Notes under the pieces: model-generated
What the model saw: the letters and a program-made list of their open reading frames with translations, nothing else
Told to the model about the DNA's origin: nothing
The model's database searches: none
Translations under genes and position numbers: made by a program
Source: an uncultured Sulfurospirillum sp.
GTDB taxonomy: Bacteria; Campylobacterota; Campylobacteria; Campylobacterales; QNZT01
Reading direction: 5' to 3'
DNA length: 64,000 nt
NCBI GenBank assembly: GCA_964573205.1
Contig: CAZNIT010000047.1
Span: 777-64,776 of the forward strand
In this document: piece by piece, positions 60,352 through 64,000 of the stretch
Layout of the letters: the number at the start of each line of letters is the position of its first letter
Numbering within the stretch: the stretch's first letter is position 1

Positions 60352-61614
60352 CTACTCTAAAAGATATAACTTTTTTCTCTCCGAGGAGCTGGCTATATTT
60401 GCTTGTATGCGGTACTTCGTGACCGTTCTTCTTCCTAGTTTTATACCGAATTTTTCTTGTACTTTTTGAAGTATTTTATTGTCACTTAGAGGTTTTTTTC
60501 GATCTTCGTTTTTTATGACCTCTTTTATGTACTCTTTTATTTCACGATTCGATGTTTCTTTGTCTTCACCGAGCCCTACGGCAAAAAAACTCTTTATAGG
60601 AAAAATTCCTCTCTCGCATGAGAGATATTTGTTTGCGATTGCACGGGAAATAGTTGAGTGGTGACGCTCAAGATCGTTTGCAAGATCATCGAGTTTCATC
60701 GGTTTTATAGCCCCGCCCATAAAAAAATCATACTGATAATCAACAATCATAAGCGCGATTTTCGTAAGTGTCGCTTTTCTCATCTCCAAAGCGTCAACTA
60801 AAGATTTAGCCTCTTTTATTTTGTCTTTAACAAAGTCGAACTTAGCGTCTATTCCGCCGAGCTCGATCTCGATATTCGGATAGTAAGAGTCATTTAGCAT
60901 AACCGTGAGTTTTGAGTTTTTATTTTCGATGAAGATATCGGGAATAATCTGTACAACTTCGTTTTGATACTCGATAGCCGGGGGGTTATGAAATCTTTTT
61001 ATTACTCTTATCGCGTCACTGAAACGTGGTTCGTTTTGATATTTTTCTATATTTTCAAAATCTTCTATTATCTTTTTTGCACATTTTGCGACATCATCCT
61101 CAAGCTCTTGGTGATTGAGCTGAAACATAAACGATTCGAGTAGATCCACCGCACCGACACCTTTTGGTTCAAGATATTTGAATTTTTGCCGTACCTGCTC
61201 GACATCTTCGACACTTTCACCTATATCTTTGGCAAACTGCTCGATATCCACATCGAAATAACCGTTGGGATTCAGGTTGTCGATGATGGCATAAGCAATT
61301 TTCTGAGATTTTTTTGCCAAAAATAGAGTCGGTTCTATCTGCTCGAATAATACATCATAAAGAGATTTTTGCGACGTCTGCATCGCTTCTATTTCATTGC
61401 TAAGCGCATTTTTACGATACTCCGTTCGCTGCTTTTTCGGAGTGTTTGTAGATGTTATCTCATTGCCGGAGCTTATCTCTATGAAGGGATTGTCTTTGGA
61501 CATCTCATCTAGCGTCTCTTTCAAAGATGAGATATCGGCTCTTAGTATAGGCAGCCAACTGCGCAAAGTATGTGAAAGTTTTTGCTTCGTATTTACGCTT
61601 TGACGAAGTTTCAT
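60352..61614 (-). CDS. rpoN: RNA polymerase sigma-54 factor
   Basis: PKGVGA, IKPMKL, HSTISRA and RpoN box GRRTVTKYR. Confidence 0.96.
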   Translation of the reverse strand: MKLRQSVNTKQKLSHTLRSWLPILRADISSLKETLDEMSKDNPFIEISSGNEITSTNTPKKQRTEYRKNALSNEIEAMQTSQKSLYDVLFEQIEPTLFLAKKSQKIAYAIIDNLNPNGYFDVDIEQFAKDIGESVEDVEQVRQKFKYLEPKGVGAVDLLESFMFQLNHQELEDDVAKCAKKIIEDFENIEKYQNEPRFSDAIRVIKRFHNPPAIEYQNEVVQIIPDIFIENKNSKLTVMLNDSYYPNIEIELGGIDAKFDFVKDKIKEAKSLVDALEMRKATLTKIALMIVDYQYDFFMGGAIKPMKLDDLANDLERHHSTISRAIANKYLSCERGIFPIKSFFAVGLGEDKETSNREIKEYIKEVIKNEDRKKPLSDNKILQKVQEKFGIKLGRRTVTKYRIQANIASSSERKKLYLLE

Positions 61615-62336
61615 ATACGAAAATCCTCACCCAAGTAGTGCTTTCTTACCAATTCGTTCGCGGCAATTTCGGAAGAATTTCCATAAGCTAAAAGTTCACC
61701 GCTTTTTATGACATATGCACGATCACAGATGGAAAGCGTCTCTCTGACATTGTGATCCGTTATAAGAACTCCGATTCCAAGCTCTTTAAGATCTGCGACA
61801 ATACTTTGTATATCGTTCACGGCTAAAGGATCCACCCCCGCAAACGGTTCGTCTAAAAGTAGGAAATTGGGTTCGATCGCCAAAGACCTTGCAATCTCAC
61901 ACCGTCTTCTCTCTCCCCCGCTTAATGAAATTCCAAGACGATTTCTTATATGGTCTATATTGAAAATCTCAAGCAGTTTATCGACCCTACGACCTCTTTC
62001 ATATTTATCGTCGGTAGCCACTTCCGCAGCGAGCATAAGATTCTCTTCGACGCTCAGTTCTTTGAAAATGCTAGATTCTTGAGGAAGATACCCTACACCC
62101 ATCTTCGCCCGTACATGAAGGGGAGATTTCGTAACGTCTTCGTCATTTATATATACGGCTCCGGCCGTAGGAGAAATCAAACCGCAAATCATATAAAATG
62201 TAGTCGTCTTTCCCGCACCGTTTGGTCCAAGAAGCCCCACCACTTCACCACTTTTGACTTCAAGAGAAAAATCTTTGATAATAGGATGTTTCTTGATCGT
62301 TTTACTTAAATGCTCCGCCCTTAATGTATGACTCAT
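61611..62336 (-). CDS. lptB: LPS export ABC ATPase
   Basis: GPNGAGKTT, YLPQESSIF, LSGGERRR and ITDHNVRETL. Confidence 0.96.
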   Translation of the reverse strand: MSHTLRAEHLSKTIKKHPIIKDFSLEVKSGEVVGLLGPNGAGKTTTFYMICGLISPTAGAVYINDEDVTKSPLHVRAKMGVGYLPQESSIFKELSVEENLMLAAEVATDDKYERGRRVDKLLEIFNIDHIRNRLGISLSGGERRRCEIARSLAIEPNFLLLDEPFAGVDPLAVNDIQSIVADLKELGIGVLITDHNVRETLSICDRAYVIKSGELLAYGNSSEIAANELVRKHYLGEDFRI

Positions 62337-62734
62337 TTTTTTATCCTATACTCTCTTTTTTCTCCAAATGGAGTGATCTCTACGGTTATAAAATCAAAAC
62401 CGTACTCCTCTAAAATATCGGACATCGTATCATCCGCCCACTCTATAAAATGATATCCTTCTTCTTCAAGATTTTCCAAAAGACCGTTTTGTATAAATTT
62501 TGAGATACCTTCATTGTAAATATCGTAATGAAACAGTTCGTTATCGTAAACATTCATGATCGAAAATGTTGGAGACGTTACATCTTCGTATAAATTCAGT
62601 TCTTTTGCAAACGCTTTTACAAGCGTGGTTTTACCGCTTGCAAGATCACCTTTCAAAAGAATTATCCCGCCTCTTGGCAGAAGTTCCTTAAGTTTCAAAA
62701 CTACGTCATTTATTTCATGTAATGATTTTATCAT
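62333..62734 (-). CDS. tsaE: tRNA threonylcarbamoyladenosine biosynthesis ATPase
   Basis: LKGDLASGKTT, VTSPTFS, HYDIY and FIEWA. Confidence 0.94.
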   Translation of the reverse strand: MIKSLHEINDVVLKLKELLPRGGIILLKGDLASGKTTLVKAFAKELNLYEDVTSPTFSIMNVYDNELFHYDIYNEGISKFIQNGLLENLEEEGYHFIEWADDTMSDILEEYGFDFITVEITPFGEKREYRIKK

Positions 62735-62737
62735 AAT

Positions 62738-63715
62738 TTACAGCAAATTGGAAGTTTTTACAATATTTTTTAGATGTTTTTTTGCGAGCCCCGAATCTAT
62801 CGACTCTGCCGCCATCTCAATTCCTTCTTGCATATCCCTGGCTTTACCATCAACAACAAATGCCATTGCTGCATTTAAGAGAACGATATCACGTTTTGCT
62901 CCCTTTTCTCCTTCAAAAATCTTAAGTGTAATCTCCGCATTTTCAACTGCATTACCGCCTTTGATAGCTTCGAGGGGAGCAAGCTTGAAACCATATTCCT
63001 CAGGATCTATAATAAAATCATTTGCTTTGCCATCCTCCAGCTTTGTGGCATAGGTGATATCACAGATACTGATCTCATCCATCCCGTCCCTGCTACTGAC
63101 TGCTACGGCACTTTTGGTATCCAAAAGACTAAGCGCTGTTACAATTCTCTCCAAAAAAGCATCGCTGAATACCCCGATAAGATACTTTTTACTGCCTGCC
63201 GGATTGGTAAGTGGTCCTAAAATATTGAAAATCGTTCGGTGGGAGAGCGATTTTCGAATCGGCATGATGTGCTTCATCGCCGGATGGTGGTTAATCGCAA
63301 ACATAAAAGTAAAACCGACCTCTTCAAGCATTTTTACTTGTTGTTTTGGAGTAAGATTCAGATTGATACCTAAAGCTTCGAGCATATCGGCAGAACCGGA
63401 ATTGCTGGTAATAGCGCGGTTACCGTGCTTTGCCACAACACTCCCCATAGAAGAGAGTATAAGCGCTACTGTAGAGGAGATGTTAAAACTCCCGCTCTTA
63501 TCCCCTCCGGTTCCAACAACATCGATGAGCTTTTCACGCAGATTCTCATCCAAATCGAGTTTGATCGAATGACTTCGCATCACATCCACCGCCGCAGCAA
63601 TCTCCTGGGCACTCTCCCCTCTTTCATAAAGCGCTACCAAATAGGCTTTTGCCTCCTCTGGAGCCATCTCACCCCTAAACATCTTTTCAAACTTTGCTTT
63701 CGCCTCTTCAAACAT
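62738..63715 (-). CDS. trpD: Anthranilate phosphoribosyltransferase
   Basis: DVVGTGGD, FNISST, KHGNR, SGSAD and RTIFNILGPLTNP. Confidence 0.97.
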   Translation of the reverse strand: MFEEAKAKFEKMFRGEMAPEEAKAYLVALYERGESAQEIAAAVDVMRSHSIKLDLDENLREKLIDVVGTGGDKSGSFNISSTVALILSSMGSVVAKHGNRAITSNSGSADMLEALGINLNLTPKQQVKMLEEVGFTFMFAINHHPAMKHIMPIRKSLSHRTIFNILGPLTNPAGSKKYLIGVFSDAFLERIVTALSLLDTKSAVAVSSRDGMDEISICDITYATKLEDGKANDFIIDPEEYGFKLAPLEAIKGGNAVENAEITLKIFEGEKGAKRDIVLLNAAMAFVVDGKARDMQEGIEMAAESIDSGLAKKHLKNIVKTSNLL

Positions 63716-63960
63716 TACAGCTCCTTGACATATTCATCTTTTTTACTTTTGGGAATCGACTTGGTTACAGGAATCTGCAACACTTCATATCGCACAGTTT
63801 TATCCAGATAGGCAATCTCGATGATATCTCCTACCTTGACATCTTTGGCAGGTTTGACCACTTTGCCGTTTATCGAAACAACACCCGATTTACACATATC
63901 TTCCGAAATGGCACGACGTTTGGTAATATTGACACTATTCATAAACTTATCTATACGCAT
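63715..63960 (-). CDS. S4-domain RNA-binding protein (HslR/YabO-like)
   Basis: MRIDKFM...KRR...G.V.ING...KPAKDVKVGD. Confidence 0.9.
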   Translation of the reverse strand: MRIDKFMNSVNITKRRAISEDMCKSGVVSINGKVVKPAKDVKVGDIIEIAYLDKTVRYEVLQIPVTKSIPKSKKDEYVKEL

Positions 63961-64000
63961 ATCTACCTTTTATATGGAAATTTGGCATTCATTTTAGTAA

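Overview
A 64-kb, AT-rich chromosomal segment from a free-living Campylobacterota (Epsilonproteobacteria). The lineage is inferred from Campylobacter-like gene neighbourhoods: gatA-guaB, mqnD-fliQ-murB, secA-lolC/E-lolA, pdxJ-pdxA, fliL-acpS and S4-tsaE-lptB-rpoN. I found no tRNA, rRNA, CRISPR array, transposase, integrase or reverse transcriptase. Accessory modules sit between the housekeeping blocks. (1) A hemerythrin/DUF2249/membrane-protein cluster preceded by a decayed antitoxin. (2) A micro-locus at 8.3-8.8 kb with a perfect 15-bp palindrome, two tiny ORFs and an 11-bp tandem box. (3) A translationally coupled TonB-receptor / YfiR-like / GGDEF-EAL trio. (4) Two small membrane proteins behind a structured leader. 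(5) A same-strand surface island at 36.3-44.5 kb: a subtilase whose prodomain appears to be a separate gene, a heme-c/PAS/GGDEF/EAL sensor, and two paralogous cadherin-DUF1566 lipoproteins with swapped loops, followed on the opposite strand by OmpA/DUF4398. (6) An orphan wza-wzc pair linked to cca through a 46-aa peptide. (7) An M20 amidohydrolase coupled to an anti-sigma-kinase-like/GNAT fusion. The best candidates for an undescribed system are (5), (3) and (7). All family calls come from motif recognition by eye; no database searches were run.
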